A stretch of DNA of 36,838 nucleotides from Candidatus Micrarchaeia archaeon (GTDB taxonomy: Archaea; Micrarchaeota; Micrarchaeia; Micrarchaeales; CABMGC01). The number at the start of each line of letters is the position of its first letter. Position 1 is the stretch's first letter. A program made the position numbers and the translations under genes. Shown piece after piece: positions 23,449-32,928 of this stretch. Under the pieces are notes generated by a model. The model searched no databases, was not told the DNA's origin, and was given only the letters and a program-made list of their open reading frames with translations. The stretch spans positions 1-36,838 of the forward strand of contig JBMFSM010000001.1 of NCBI GenBank assembly GCA_049967555.1. Reading direction: 5' to 3'.

Positions 23449-24537
23449 ATGAACAGCATTGAGCTCGAAAAGAAACTTGAAGAATTGAAGAAAGAATATT
23501 CAAAAACAAAGTACAATAAGTCTACTGACAAGTATCTTGGCATACTGCGTGCGAAGATGGCAAAGATAAACAAGGCGCTCAGATCAAAAAAGAAAAGGCA
23601 TGGTAAGGGATTCAGCGTAAAGAAATCAGGTGATGCAACTGTTGCCCTTGTGGGTTTTCCAAATTCTGGAAAGTCTTCTCTGCTAAAAGCCCTTACTGGT
23701 GTAGATACAAAGATTGCAAACTACGCTTTTACAACTGTTGACTTAATACCTGGCATGCTTGAGTATAAAGGTGCAAAAATCCAAATATTCGATGTGCCAG
23801 GTCTAATAGAGGGCGCCCATGTCGGTAAGGGCGAAGGTACCATGATTGCAAGTGCATTGCGTGTTGCGGATCTTCTCCTCTTTGTTGTAGACGCCACAGA
23901 TTATAGTAAGTTTAATTTGCTGCTTGAAGAACTTTCTTTGCTCGGTATCAGAATAGGAAACCCTAATCTAAAGATAGATGAAGAAAGCAATGGCGGTATA
24001 ATAATAGTAACTAATGGAAAATCAGTTCCATCTGATGCTGAGATAAAAGAAATTTTGGCAAGCTTTGGAATATATAATGCAAATGTGGTTTTTTTTGAAA
24101 ATTCAACCGCAAGTGATGTCATCGATGCTGCTTCTGGATATGTATTTATAAATGCAATAATTGCCCTTAACAAGGTGGATCTTCTGAGTGACTATACTTC
24201 AGTTTCAAGCACTATGGAAAAAAAGAACGGAATAAAGGTCGTGCCAATAAGTGCACTAAGCGAGTTCAATTTGGAGGCGCTTAAAGAATCTATTTTTTCA
24301 AGCTTGAAGCTTATTCGGGTGTTCCTCAAACCAAAGTTAAATAATGGGAAGGGCGAGGTAATAATACTAAGAGAGGGAAGCACCGTTTTGGACGCCGCAA
24401 TAAAAATTCATTCTAACTTGGCGAATTCTATAAAATTCGCTTACATAACCGGTCCGAGCGCGAAGTTCAAAAATCAGAAAGTTGGTAAGGAACACATGTT
24501 GATGGATGGGGATTTTATTACTATTGTGGAGAAATAA
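23449..24537 (+). CDS. DRG-family (Obg-like) GTPase with C-terminal TGS domain
   Basis: 362 aa. Motifs seen: GFPNSGKSSLLKALTG, DVPGLIEGAHVGKG, and NKVD. The C-terminal domain is TGS-like (ILREGSTVLDAAIKIHSNL...). Confidence 0.8.
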   Translation: MNSIELEKKLEELKKEYSKTKYNKSTDKYLGILRAKMAKINKALRSKKKRHGKGFSVKKSGDATVALVGFPNSGKSSLLKALTGVDTKIANYAFTTVDLIPGMLEYKGAKIQIFDVPGLIEGAHVGKGEGTMIASALRVADLLLFVVDATDYSKFNLLLEELSLLGIRIGNPNLKIDEESNGGIIIVTNGKSVPSDAEIKEILASFGIYNANVVFFENSTASDVIDAASGYVFINAIIALNKVDLLSDYTSVSSTMEKKNGIKVVPISALSEFNLEALKESIFSSLKLIRVFLKPKLNNGKGEVIILREGSTVLDAAIKIHSNLANSIKFAYITGPSAKFKNQKVGKEHMLMDGDFITIVEK

Positions 24538-24561
24538 ACTTTTATAATTGCAAGTTCTAAT

Positions 24562-25053
24562 ATGTCTGATTTTATGATTAAATACTGGGAATTTGAGGAT
24601 GCCCCGCTCAAGGAGAAATTGAAGAATCCAAGTATAAAGGAGCTTGCAAAAATTTATTTCGAAAATGATACCAAGGCATATAGGTTTGCTAGGGCACTCA
24701 CAGAAGTAAAGAAACACGGTGAGCTCAGACTAAAAGATTGCAGCAATGATCTTCCTATAGCAACATGGAAGCGCTACCTTGATTTTGGAGTTACTGTTGG
24801 TATATTGAAACATGAAAACAATACTTATTCTTTTACTGATAGATATTCAAAGCCCCTTAAGAACATCGCAATTTACATCAAATCCTGGATTGATTCTGCA
24901 AATATTGAAAATGTCGAAGTGCTTTTCGCAAATGCCAAACTTGAGAAGCAGCAAAAGAGAGGTGGGAAAAACATACTGCAAGAAAATCCGAATGAAAGCG
25001 CAGCCACGCATGAAGAAACAGAACCAACAGACACTACTTATAGTGCCAACTAA
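24562..25053 (+). CDS. Hypothetical protein (163 aa), possible winged-helix region, acidic/Thr-rich tail
   Basis: Clean ORF in tandem with the GTPase gene. Its 3' end overlaps the convergent cysS by 20 nt. No family recognised. Confidence 0.55.
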   Translation: MSDFMIKYWEFEDAPLKEKLKNPSIKELAKIYFENDTKAYRFARALTEVKKHGELRLKDCSNDLPIATWKRYLDFGVTVGILKHENNTYSFTDRYSKPLKNIAIYIKSWIDSANIENVEVLFANAKLEKQQKRGGKNILQENPNESAATHEETEPTDTTYSAN

Positions 25054-26476
25054 CTCCTTCTTTGGTGTCCTCTATTATTATATCATATCTCTCTTCAATC
25101 TCCTTTCTAATTTTATCTGCCTTTTCAAAATTTTTTTCTTTTCTTGCCGATTCCCTTTCATCAATAAGTTTTGCTACCTCTTCAGGCAGTTTTTTTTCTT
25201 CAATCTCCTTATTTAATTCTAAACCCAGTATCATATCAAAATCAAGGACAATTTCAATAACCTTTTTTGCCTCTTCTCGTGCAACTTTATTTTCCGCCAG
25301 GCGCTTATTTTCATAATCTATGAGTGCGTGCATGCTTTTTAGTGCATTTGGCATGTCTAAATCGTCACCAACCCTCTCGAAAAATTCTTTGTGGTAGATC
25401 TCCAGTTGCTTAATTGCATCTGCATCTGCACTTCTATCAATTTTTATTGCATTTATTTTTCTAATAAACCCATATATACTTTCGAGTGTTTTTGAAGCAT
25501 TTTCAAGAGCTTCAAAAGTGAAATTTTGCTGATTCCTATAATGACTTGAGATAAGAAAGTACCTGAGTGCCAATGGTGAATATTTTCTGTCTATTATGTC
25601 TTGCACTGTATGAATATTTTTTAGTGATTTAGACATTTTCATATTATTTACAGTGAGAAATGCGACATGGAACCAATAGTTCACAAATTTTTTGCCAGTT
25701 GCCGCTTCAGACTGTGCTATCTCATTAGTGTGGTGTATTGGGATATGATCTATTCCACCACAATGTATATCGAAATGCTCGCCCAGGTATTTCATGCTCA
25801 TGGTGCTGCACTCTATATGCCAGCCCGGAAAGCCTTTTCCCCAGGCTGAGTCCCAAACCATTTCTTTCTCATCCCCCTTGGCGAATCTCCACACCGCAAA
25901 ATCTGTTATATTTTTGAGCCCGGATGCCCTTTCTACCCTGGCCCCCGCTTTAAGTTGTTTATTTAGCTGATCAAAATTCATTCCTATAAGTTCGCCATAT
26001 CTCTTGAATTTTGATGTGTCATAGTATATTCCTGTTGAGATTTTGTAAAGATAATTTTTTTCATCGAGCTTTTTTATAAGGTCAAGCATTTCATTTATAT
26101 GCTCTGTGGCTTTGGGTATTATGTCTGGCATTATTATGTTAAGCCTTTTTAGATCTTTTAAAAAAGCATCTTCATAAAATTTCGCAACATCATATGCACT
26201 CTTATGTTCTCTCCTTGCTTCAAGCTTTATTTTGTCTTCGCCTATGCTTGCATCACCAACAAGATGTCCAACGTCTGTTATATTCATAACGTGCTTCACA
26301 TGATAACCCTCATGCATGAGGGCCCTTTTAAGCAAATCCTCCTGAACATATGTGCGCATGTTGCCTATGTGTGCAAACCAATATACTGTGGGGCCACAAG
26401 TATAGAAACCAACATTATCTTTTTTTATGCTTTTAAAATTCTGTATTTCATGCCCCAACGTATTGTAGAATTGCAT
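25034..26476 (-). CDS. cysS: Cysteine--tRNA ligase
   Basis: 480 aa, class I motifs HIGN (WFAHIGNMRTY) and KMSKS (NMKMSKSLKN), plus GWHIECS. Confidence 0.9.
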   Translation of the reverse strand: MQFYNTLGHEIQNFKSIKKDNVGFYTCGPTVYWFAHIGNMRTYVQEDLLKRALMHEGYHVKHVMNITDVGHLVGDASIGEDKIKLEARREHKSAYDVAKFYEDAFLKDLKRLNIIMPDIIPKATEHINEMLDLIKKLDEKNYLYKISTGIYYDTSKFKRYGELIGMNFDQLNKQLKAGARVERASGLKNITDFAVWRFAKGDEKEMVWDSAWGKGFPGWHIECSTMSMKYLGEHFDIHCGGIDHIPIHHTNEIAQSEAATGKKFVNYWFHVAFLTVNNMKMSKSLKNIHTVQDIIDRKYSPLALRYFLISSHYRNQQNFTFEALENASKTLESIYGFIRKINAIKIDRSADADAIKQLEIYHKEFFERVGDDLDMPNALKSMHALIDYENKRLAENKVAREEAKKVIEIVLDFDMILGLELNKEIEEKKLPEEVAKLIDERESARKEKNFEKADKIRKEIEERYDIIIEDTKEGVSWHYK

Positions 26477-26486
26477 ATTATCTACT

Positions 26487-27281
26487 TTATATTACTGTCT
26501 GATTTACAACTATGCCTGGAGTTTCTTCAGGGATGCTGCTTTGATAGAAATCACCAACTGCAATATAGTCCAATCTATTTACTAAAGTACCTACAGAATC
26601 TGCAACTACTCTTATACTTACATTTTGGCACATAAACATCACAATGGGTATGCTAGCATTCTCAAACTGGCTTGTTTGGTAGATATTACCTTGTGCATTA
26701 TATGTGTTATAATGTGTTATAACTATTGGTTTGTTATTTTTTATTATTTCTACGTAAATCTGAGAATCGTACGGTGAGATAATTTTGAAATTGAGATATG
26801 GCAATACAACTTTGAATGGATTGGATGTGAGGTTTCCTTGCTGTACTTCCAATCCGCAATGGAAAGTCGTCGCGAAGAAATCGCCTTCATAATTCAACCA
26901 ACTATTATTATAATAGCAGAGGTTTTGGTCTGCCCATGTAATGTTAAGCGGTGAATTTCCAAAACCGTATCCTGTTGTATTCCATCCATTATAGCTTCCT
27001 AAAGAAAAATTCCCATTATATATTGGTACTGTTGCATTAGAAGAAAGGCAACTCCCTAACGTGGACGTTGTTGTATTTGTGGGTGTTGTATTTGAAATGC
27101 TTGTAGTATTTGTACTACTTGTGGTGTTTTTCTTAACTATGGTTGTAGTATTGGTTGATGGAGGCCTTACTATTTTAGTTACACCTTGATTTGAATTTGA
27201 TCCCCAATGGAGATACCAAAAAATAAAAATAGTCATTAGGAGCAAGCCAAAAACAACATAGGCAATTACACCTTTATGCAT
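26487..27281 (-). CDS. Membrane-anchored/secreted glycoprotein with Thr/Asn-rich linker and jelly-roll-like C-terminal domain
   Basis: 264 aa with an N-terminal TM/signal anchor (VIAYVVFGLLLMTIFIFWYL). The linker TNTTTIVKKNTTSSTNTTSISNTTPTNTTTST is followed by NGNFSLGSYNGWNTTGYGFG... Many sequons. Confidence 0.7.
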   Translation of the reverse strand: MHKGVIAYVVFGLLLMTIFIFWYLHWGSNSNQGVTKIVRPPSTNTTTIVKKNTTSSTNTTSISNTTPTNTTTSTLGSCLSSNATVPIYNGNFSLGSYNGWNTTGYGFGNSPLNITWADQNLCYYNNSWLNYEGDFFATTFHCGLEVQQGNLTSNPFKVVLPYLNFKIISPYDSQIYVEIIKNNKPIVITHYNTYNAQGNIYQTSQFENASIPIVMFMCQNVSIRVVADSVGTLVNRLDYIAVGDFYQSSIPEETPGIVVNQTVI

Positions 27282-27426
27282 ATTAGCACCTTACTAAATT
27301 TGTCCATCAACATATAAAAATCTTAACAACTTGGATTTAGATCATCTTTTTTTATAACAAAAGCATTTTTCTTGTTTATCAGCATCTTGGAAATAAGAAT
27401 AATAAATTATAAGATAAATAAATATT

Positions 27427-28401
27427 ATGCTTGTGATAGGAATAGAGAGCAGCGCGCATACATTTGGCGTTGGCATAATAGATAACGGCAAAATTCTTGC
27501 CAATGAAAAAGCTTCATATAATGTGGGAAAGGGGGGAATGATACCTGCAAAGGTTGCCGAGTTTCATGTTGAGAATGCAGGTACTGTACTCAACGCCGCA
27601 CTAGAAAAAGCTAAGGTGCGCATAGATGAAATAGAAGGAGTTGGTTATACAAGAGGCCCGGGAATAGGGCCTTGCCTGCAAATCGGTGAGCTTGCTGCAA
27701 AGACGATTTCTAAAAAGCTCAGCATACCTATAGTGCAGGTGAATCACGGCGTTGCACATATTGAGATAACAAAGCATATCGCAAACATGAATGATCCACT
27801 TGCACTTTACGTAAGTGGTGGAAATTCGCAAATTCTCAAGCTTGTCGAAAGGCCTTATAGACACTATTCAGTGCTTGGCGAAACCCTTGATATAGGCGTT
27901 GGAAATATGCTGGATTCTTTTGCAAGGGACCTTAAGCTAGACCCTGCTTGGGGCTCGAGCGTGGAAAAAACTGCGAGCAACGGCAAGTACATTAAATTGC
28001 CTTATACTGTGAAAGGCATGGATTTTGCATTTACTGGCCTTCTTACAAAAACTACCGAGCTTATAGGATATGAAAAAAAGGAAGATCTTTGCTATTCAAT
28101 ACAAGAAAATGCATATAGCATGCTTTGTGAAGCTACTGAAAGAGCCCTCCTCCTCACAAAAAGCAATGAGCTTTGCGTATGTGGGGGCGTAGCGCAAAGC
28201 AGCAAATTAAAGGAGATGCTTTCTCAAGTGGCAAAAGAGCATAATGCGAGATTTGGGTTTGCGCCAAATGAGTTTAATTCAGATAATGGTGCAATGATAG
28301 CATATGTGGCTGAAGAGCTTCTCAAAAAAGGTTATTCAAGTGCGTTTGGCGCTTGTGGTGTAGAGCAAAAATATAGGATAGAAAGGGCTGTGGTGCCATG
28401 A
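27427..28401 (+). CDS. kae1: tRNA N6-adenosine threonylcarbamoyltransferase Kae1 (KEOPS)
   Basis: 324 aa. MLVIGIESSAHTFGVGI, VNHGVAHIE and YVSGGNSQ are seen. It overlaps bud32 by 4 nt (ATGA). Confidence 0.9.
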   Translation: MLVIGIESSAHTFGVGIIDNGKILANEKASYNVGKGGMIPAKVAEFHVENAGTVLNAALEKAKVRIDEIEGVGYTRGPGIGPCLQIGELAAKTISKKLSIPIVQVNHGVAHIEITKHIANMNDPLALYVSGGNSQILKLVERPYRHYSVLGETLDIGVGNMLDSFARDLKLDPAWGSSVEKTASNGKYIKLPYTVKGMDFAFTGLLTKTTELIGYEKKEDLCYSIQENAYSMLCEATERALLLTKSNELCVCGGVAQSSKLKEMLSQVAKEHNARFGFAPNEFNSDNGAMIAYVAEELLKKGYSSAFGACGVEQKYRIERAVVP

Positions 28402-28991
28402 AATTTGTAAGCGAAGGGGCAGAATCTAAAATATACAAATGCAAAATTTTCAATACAGATGTAATTGCAAAAATAAGGCTTGAAAAAACATATAGAGAGA
28501 AGGCGCTTGATGAATTGATAAGGATATCCAGGACAAAGAGCGAAGCCAGAATAATGTATAGGGCTTGGCAGGCGGGCATAGCCTCGCCACAGCTTCTCGG
28601 GGTTGGAAAGTTCTCTATCTATATGTCTTTCATTGACGGCGTGTTGCTTAGAGATACTAAGAAAACAAAAAACGTGCTTGCAGAAACAGGAAAACTGCTA
28701 GCCAAAATGCATAATAAAAATATAGCACATGGTGATTTTACCACCGCAAATATAATGGTTGCAAGTGGCAAACCGTATATCATAGACTTTGGCTTGGCCG
28801 AGGTAACAAAAAACGTGGAAGAAAAAGCCATAGATCTGCTGCTAATGAAAAGATCTCTAGATCAAGCACAATATTATATTTTTGAAAAATCATATCTAAG
28901 CAATGCTAAAGAAGGAGCAAAAATAAAAGAAAGGCTCAAGGAAATAGAAAAAAGAGGCAGATATAAGACAAGAACCTTAGAAACCGCTTAG
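28398..28991 (+). CDS. bud32: KEOPS kinase/ATPase Bud32
   Basis: 197 aa, small RIO-like kinase ([24 protein letters not shown]), encoded immediately after kae1. Confidence 0.85.
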   Translation: MKFVSEGAESKIYKCKIFNTDVIAKIRLEKTYREKALDELIRISRTKSEARIMYRAWQAGIASPQLLGVGKFSIYMSFIDGVLLRDTKKTKNVLAETGKLLAKMHNKNIAHGDFTTANIMVASGKPYIIDFGLAEVTKNVEEKAIDLLLMKRSLDQAQYYIFEKSYLSNAKEGAKIKERLKEIEKRGRYKTRTLETA

Positions 28992-29101
28992 AGTTCTCCT
29001 ACTCTTCTCTTTTGCGCTCTCTTTAATCTCTTTCTCCTTTTCTTTACCCACTTCCAGCGCATTCTTCCTTTCTTTTTCCATTTTCTAGGTATACTTCCCA
29101 T
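28988..29101 (-). CDS. rpl41e: Ribosomal protein eL41 (37 aa), below the ORF-track cut-off
   Basis: Hand translation of the reverse strand gives [37 protein letters not shown]. This matches the archaeal eL41 signature [19 protein letters not shown]. Its stop codon overlaps the convergent bud32 stop. Confidence 0.8.
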   Translation of the reverse strand: MGSIPRKWKKKGRMRWKWVKKRRKRLKRAQKRRVGEL

Positions 29102-29289
29102 TAAAAGCACCAAATATACAAATATATATAATAATGAATTTTTAAATACCTATCTAACTCCAATGCACCAATCGCAACAATCTTTTTTGGGTGTGCCTCA
29201 ATTTGAGCCGCCCTGCCTTGCTGCAATAGAGTTGTATTTATTCATGGTCTCAATCACGAGCTTCAGCATTCTATAATTAAAAACAAATC

Positions 29290-29297
29290 TTTATAAA
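29290..29297 (+). promoter_or_regulatory. TATA box candidate for the rpoH-rpoB-rpoA operon
   Basis: tttataaa about 60 nt upstream of the rpoH GTG. An aggtgg Shine-Dalgarno-like sequence abuts the start codon. Confidence 0.4.
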
Positions 29298-29356
29298 TGT
29301 TTTTATGCTATATTATTAACGCCTGTATGTGTATCCTCAGTGAGAGCTTATTTTAG

Positions 29357-29620
29357 GTGGATGCTTTGGTAGCAAATATAGAACATATATTAGTCCCTTC
29401 CCACGAGTTGCTTACTGAAGACAAAGCTAGGGAAATTTTAAAAAATATGAATTTAACCAAAGAGGATCTGCCAAAGATTAAAGAGAGCGATCCAGCAATC
29501 CAAAACCTTAAGGAAAAAGGGCAAAATGTAAAACCTGGAGATATTATAAAAATATCTAGAAAAGATCCACCTTTTCAATCAAAAAAATATGATTATTACA
29601 GGCTTGTCATAAAGGGTTGA
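29357..29620 (+). CDS. rpoH: DNA-directed RNA polymerase subunit H (Rpo5)
   Basis: 87 aa, GTG start. HILVPSHELLTEDKAREILK...LPKIKESDPA...GDIIKISR...YYRLV is the RpoH/Rpb5 C-domain pattern. Confidence 0.85.
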   Translation: MDALVANIEHILVPSHELLTEDKAREILKNMNLTKEDLPKIKESDPAIQNLKEKGQNVKPGDIIKISRKDPPFQSKKYDYYRLVIKG

Positions 29621-29623
29621 TTC

Positions 29624-31090
29624 ATGGGAAGCGAAATTTTGGAAGCGTATTTGAATTCTGTCTCACTAGTTCAACAACAGATAGAGAGTTTCAATAGACT
29701 TATCGATTTCGGTATACAAAGAGTAATAAACAAGCAGGGTATTATACAACCAAACATCGAAGATTTCTCGCTAAAACTTGGCAGAGTAAGACTTGAAAAG
29801 CCTTCAATAATAGAGGCTGACAGCTCCAGAAGAAGCATAATGCCAAATGAAGCGCGATTGAGAAATCTTACATATGCTGCTCCTATCTTTCTCGAATTCA
29901 TACCTGTTGTTCGAGGAATAGAGAAAGAGGCTTCTTACGGCGAGGTGTTCATAGGGGAATTGCCAATAATGGTTAGGAGCAGTCTTTGCCACATGAGAGG
30001 GATGGCTTCTGAGTCGCTTATAAAAAGTGGCGAAGATCCAAATGATCCTGGTGGTTACTTCATAATAAAAGGCACTGAGCGAGTGCTTATTGGCCTTGAA
30101 GACTTAGCCCCAAATAGAATAATAACAGCAAATGAGAAGGGGGGTTTGGAAATAACGAGCAAAATCTTTTCTACCGTTGGGACTTTTAGAGCAAGATGTG
30201 CAGTCTCGAGAAGCCACAATGGGACCATTTCTGTAAACTTTCCAAACGGTCCGAAAAATGCAGACATAATATTAATCCTGAGGGCATTAGGGTTGACTCC
30301 TGCCGAGATGTTGGATCTGGCAGAGCCGAACATCATAAAAAATGATATAAGATTCAATCTTGAGATTAGTGAAGCAAAGGATATGGGTCCATCAGAAGCC
30401 ATGCTTGCAATAGGAAAAGCCTCAGCCCCTGGTCAGGCTGAAGAGTATCAAAGGAAGCGTGCAGAGTCAATTCTTGACAATTATCTATTGCCGCACATAG
30501 GTGTAGAAGCTTCTGAAAGAAAGGCCAAGGCCAGATATCTAATTGAAGCCGCAAAAAGATCATCCCTTGTCGCAAACAAATATCTCAAACAAGACGACAA
30601 AGATCATTACGCAAACAAAAGGGTGAAGCTGGCTGGGGATTTAATGGAAGAGCTATTTGCATATGCATTCAAGTTTTTTGTCAAAGATGTAAAATACCAG
30701 ATAGAAAGGACAAGTGCGCGTGGCAGGAAGATGAGCATACAAACAATAGTAAGTTCAGAAACCCTCACCGAAAAAATACTTTATGCTATGGGCACCGGAA
30801 CTTGGATTGCCGGGCAGACTGGTGTTTCGCAAGTGCTCGACAGAACCAACTATTTAAGTACAATTGCGCACCTCAGAAGGTTAAAATCACCTCTTGCTAA
30901 GAAACATCCGCATTTCAGGGCAAGGGATGTTCATGGAACCCAATGGGGTAAGATATGCCCTTCAGAATCGCCTGAAGGTCCGGAAGTCGGGTTAACAAAA
31001 TATCTTGCGATGATGGCTAAAGTTACAACTGGTGCAGACGAGGCTTTTACAGAAGAAAAGCTCAAGGAGATCGGGCTTAAGAAAATATAG
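29624..31090 (+). CDS. rpoB2: RNA polymerase subunit B'' (N-terminal half of split RpoB)
   Basis: 488 aa with QQQIESFN, GYFIIKGTERVLI and HLRRLKSPL...RARDVHGTQWGKICPSESPEGPEVGL. Confidence 0.9.
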   Translation: MGSEILEAYLNSVSLVQQQIESFNRLIDFGIQRVINKQGIIQPNIEDFSLKLGRVRLEKPSIIEADSSRRSIMPNEARLRNLTYAAPIFLEFIPVVRGIEKEASYGEVFIGELPIMVRSSLCHMRGMASESLIKSGEDPNDPGGYFIIKGTERVLIGLEDLAPNRIITANEKGGLEITSKIFSTVGTFRARCAVSRSHNGTISVNFPNGPKNADIILILRALGLTPAEMLDLAEPNIIKNDIRFNLEISEAKDMGPSEAMLAIGKASAPGQAEEYQRKRAESILDNYLLPHIGVEASERKAKARYLIEAAKRSSLVANKYLKQDDKDHYANKRVKLAGDLMEELFAYAFKFFVKDVKYQIERTSARGRKMSIQTIVSSETLTEKILYAMGTGTWIAGQTGVSQVLDRTNYLSTIAHLRRLKSPLAKKHPHFRARDVHGTQWGKICPSESPEGPEVGLTKYLAMMAKVTTGADEAFTEEKLKEIGLKKI

Positions 31091-31098
31091 GTGGTTTT

Positions 31099-32928
31099 TT
31101 GCCTAAAACAATAAATGAAAAATGTTATGTTTATCTGAACGGTAGGATTATAGGATATGTAGATGATGGTAAAAAATATGTAAGTGAGATAAGAAATGCC
31201 AGGAGACAGGGTGTATTATCCGGAGAAATTAATGTGGTTTACTTAAACAAAGAGAATGTTGTGCATGTAAATTCTGATGTTGGTAGGGTAAGGAAGCCGT
31301 ACATAATAGTAGAGAATGGTAAGTCTAAACTGACTCCAGACACATTGGACAAGCTAAAAAGAAAGGAGATAGATTTTAACTATCTAATAAGGCATGGTTA
31401 TATTGAATATCTAGATGCAGAAGAGGAAGAAAATGCTCTTGTTGCTATAAACGAAAGCGAGATAAATGAAAACACAACTCATCTTGAGGTGGATATAGAT
31501 TCTATTCTGGGCTTTACTTTGGGTTCAAGCCCTTACCAAGAGCATAACAGTGCAGCAAGGCACGCTATGAGTGCAAACTTTATAAAACAGAGCGAGGGCC
31601 TTTACACTACGAACTTTAACTTGAGGTTTGATTCAAGGTCCTACATTCTCTTCTATCCTCAAGCTCCTCTTGTTACCACTGTTCCGTACAAAGCTGCAAA
31701 AATGGAGACTCACCCAAGCGGGCAAAATTTTGTAGTGGCTCTTAGCACATATTATGGATACAATATGGCAGATGCAATAGTAATAAACAAGGCTGCCGTT
31801 GACAGGGGTCTTGGAAGGAGTATGTTTTACAAAACTTATGCTGATGAAGAAAGAAGATATCCTGGCGGTCAAAAAGATTCTTTTAGGCTTCCTCCTCCGA
31901 CAGCAGAAGGATACATGGGTGAGACTGCATATTCAAAACTGAGTGATGATGGTATAGTCGAACCAGAAACTGTTGTCAATGAGGGTGATGTTTTGATTGG
32001 CAAGGTCGCCCCTCCAAGATTCCTTGAAGAGAATATAGGTGTTATGGGTCTTGAAGAAAAAATAAGGGACGATTCAATAGCTCTGAAAGCAGGGGAGAAA
32101 GGCATTGTAGACAGTGTTGTATTGTCCGAAACAACAGGTGCAACTAAGATTATAAAAGTAAGGATAAGAAGTTTGAGAATTCCAGAAAGAGGTGATAAGT
32201 TTGCAAGCAGACACGGTCAAAAAGGAGTAATTGCTATGCTTGTGCCTCCGGAAGACATGCCATTCACAAAAGACGGCATAACACCTGATCTCTTGCTTAA
32301 TCCTCACAGTATACCTTCAAGGCTTACTTTTGGTCATTTGCTTGAAGAACTTGCTGGCAAAGCATCCGCCCTTACAGGCAAGCCTATCGATGGAACTCCA
32401 TTTGCCGAAAAGGGGAGAGACAGAATAAACGAATATTCAAAGATAATAGAACAGCACGGATTTGAAAAGTATGGCGATGAGATTCTTTACGATGGAATTT
32501 CCGGAGAACCTTTCAAATCAAGTCTTTTTGTCGGTGTTGCCTATTATAATAGGCTTTATCATATGGTCAGCAATAAGCTTCAGGTAAGAAGCAGGGGGCC
32601 TGTACAGATACTAACACATCAGCCAACAGAAGGAAAAGCAAGGCAGGGCGGACTTAGATTCGGGGAGATGGAAAGAGACGTCCTTGTTAGTTATGGTGCC
32701 AGCCTGCTATTGAAAGAAAGGCTTCTTGACCAGAGTGATAAAACAAAGGTACTCGTATGCAAAGAATGTGGCAATATTGGCTATCATGATTACATAAAGA
32801 AAATAAATATTTGCCCAATATGTGGAAGCAACAATCTCGAGGATGTTGACATAAGCTATGCCTTCAAGCTTTTGCTTGATGAGATAAAATCTCTCCACAT
32901 ATTGCCAAAAATAAAGCTCAAGGAGTGA
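31099..32928 (+). CDS. rpoB1: RNA polymerase subunit B' (C-terminal half of split RpoB)
   Basis: 609 aa, TTG start preceded by aggtgg. Motifs seen: GDKFASRHGQKGV, RGPVQILTHQPTEGKARQGGLRFGEMERD, and the C-terminal zinc ribbon CKECG...CPICG. Confidence 0.9.
   Translation: MPKTINEKCYVYLNGRIIGYVDDGKKYVSEIRNARRQGVLSGEINVVYLNKENVVHVNSDVGRVRKPYIIVENGKSKLTPDTLDKLKRKEIDFNYLIRHGYIEYLDAEEEENALVAINESEINENTTHLEVDIDSILGFTLGSSPYQEHNSAARHAMSANFIKQSEGLYTTNFNLRFDSRSYILFYPQAPLVTTVPYKAAKMETHPSGQNFVVALSTYYGYNMADAIVINKAAVDRGLGRSMFYKTYADEERRYPGGQKDSFRLPPPTAEGYMGETAYSKLSDDGIVEPETVVNEGDVLIGKVAPPRFLEENIGVMGLEEKIRDDSIALKAGEKGIVDSVVLSETTGATKIIKVRIRSLRIPERGDKFASRHGQKGVIAMLVPPEDMPFTKDGITPDLLLNPHSIPSRLTFGHLLEELAGKASALTGKPIDGTPFAEKGRDRINEYSKIIEQHGFEKYGDEILYDGISGEPFKSSLFVGVAYYNRLYHMVSNKLQVRSRGPVQILTHQPTEGKARQGGLRFGEMERDVLVSYGASLLLKERLLDQSDKTKVLVCKECGNIGYHDYIKKINICPICGSNNLEDVDISYAFKLLLDEIKSLHILPKIKLKE

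Noticed and set aside
29102-29356. Spacer between eL41 and rpoH with a GC-richer core (gggtgtgcctcaatttgagccgccctgcc), checked for a C/D-box sRNA or other small RNA
   Set aside because: No proper C (RUGAUGA) and D (CUGA) box pair occurs in the right arrangement. Only weak 4-bp stems are present, and the short ORFs are unconvincing. It probably holds the divergent promoters of rpl41e and the rpo operon.
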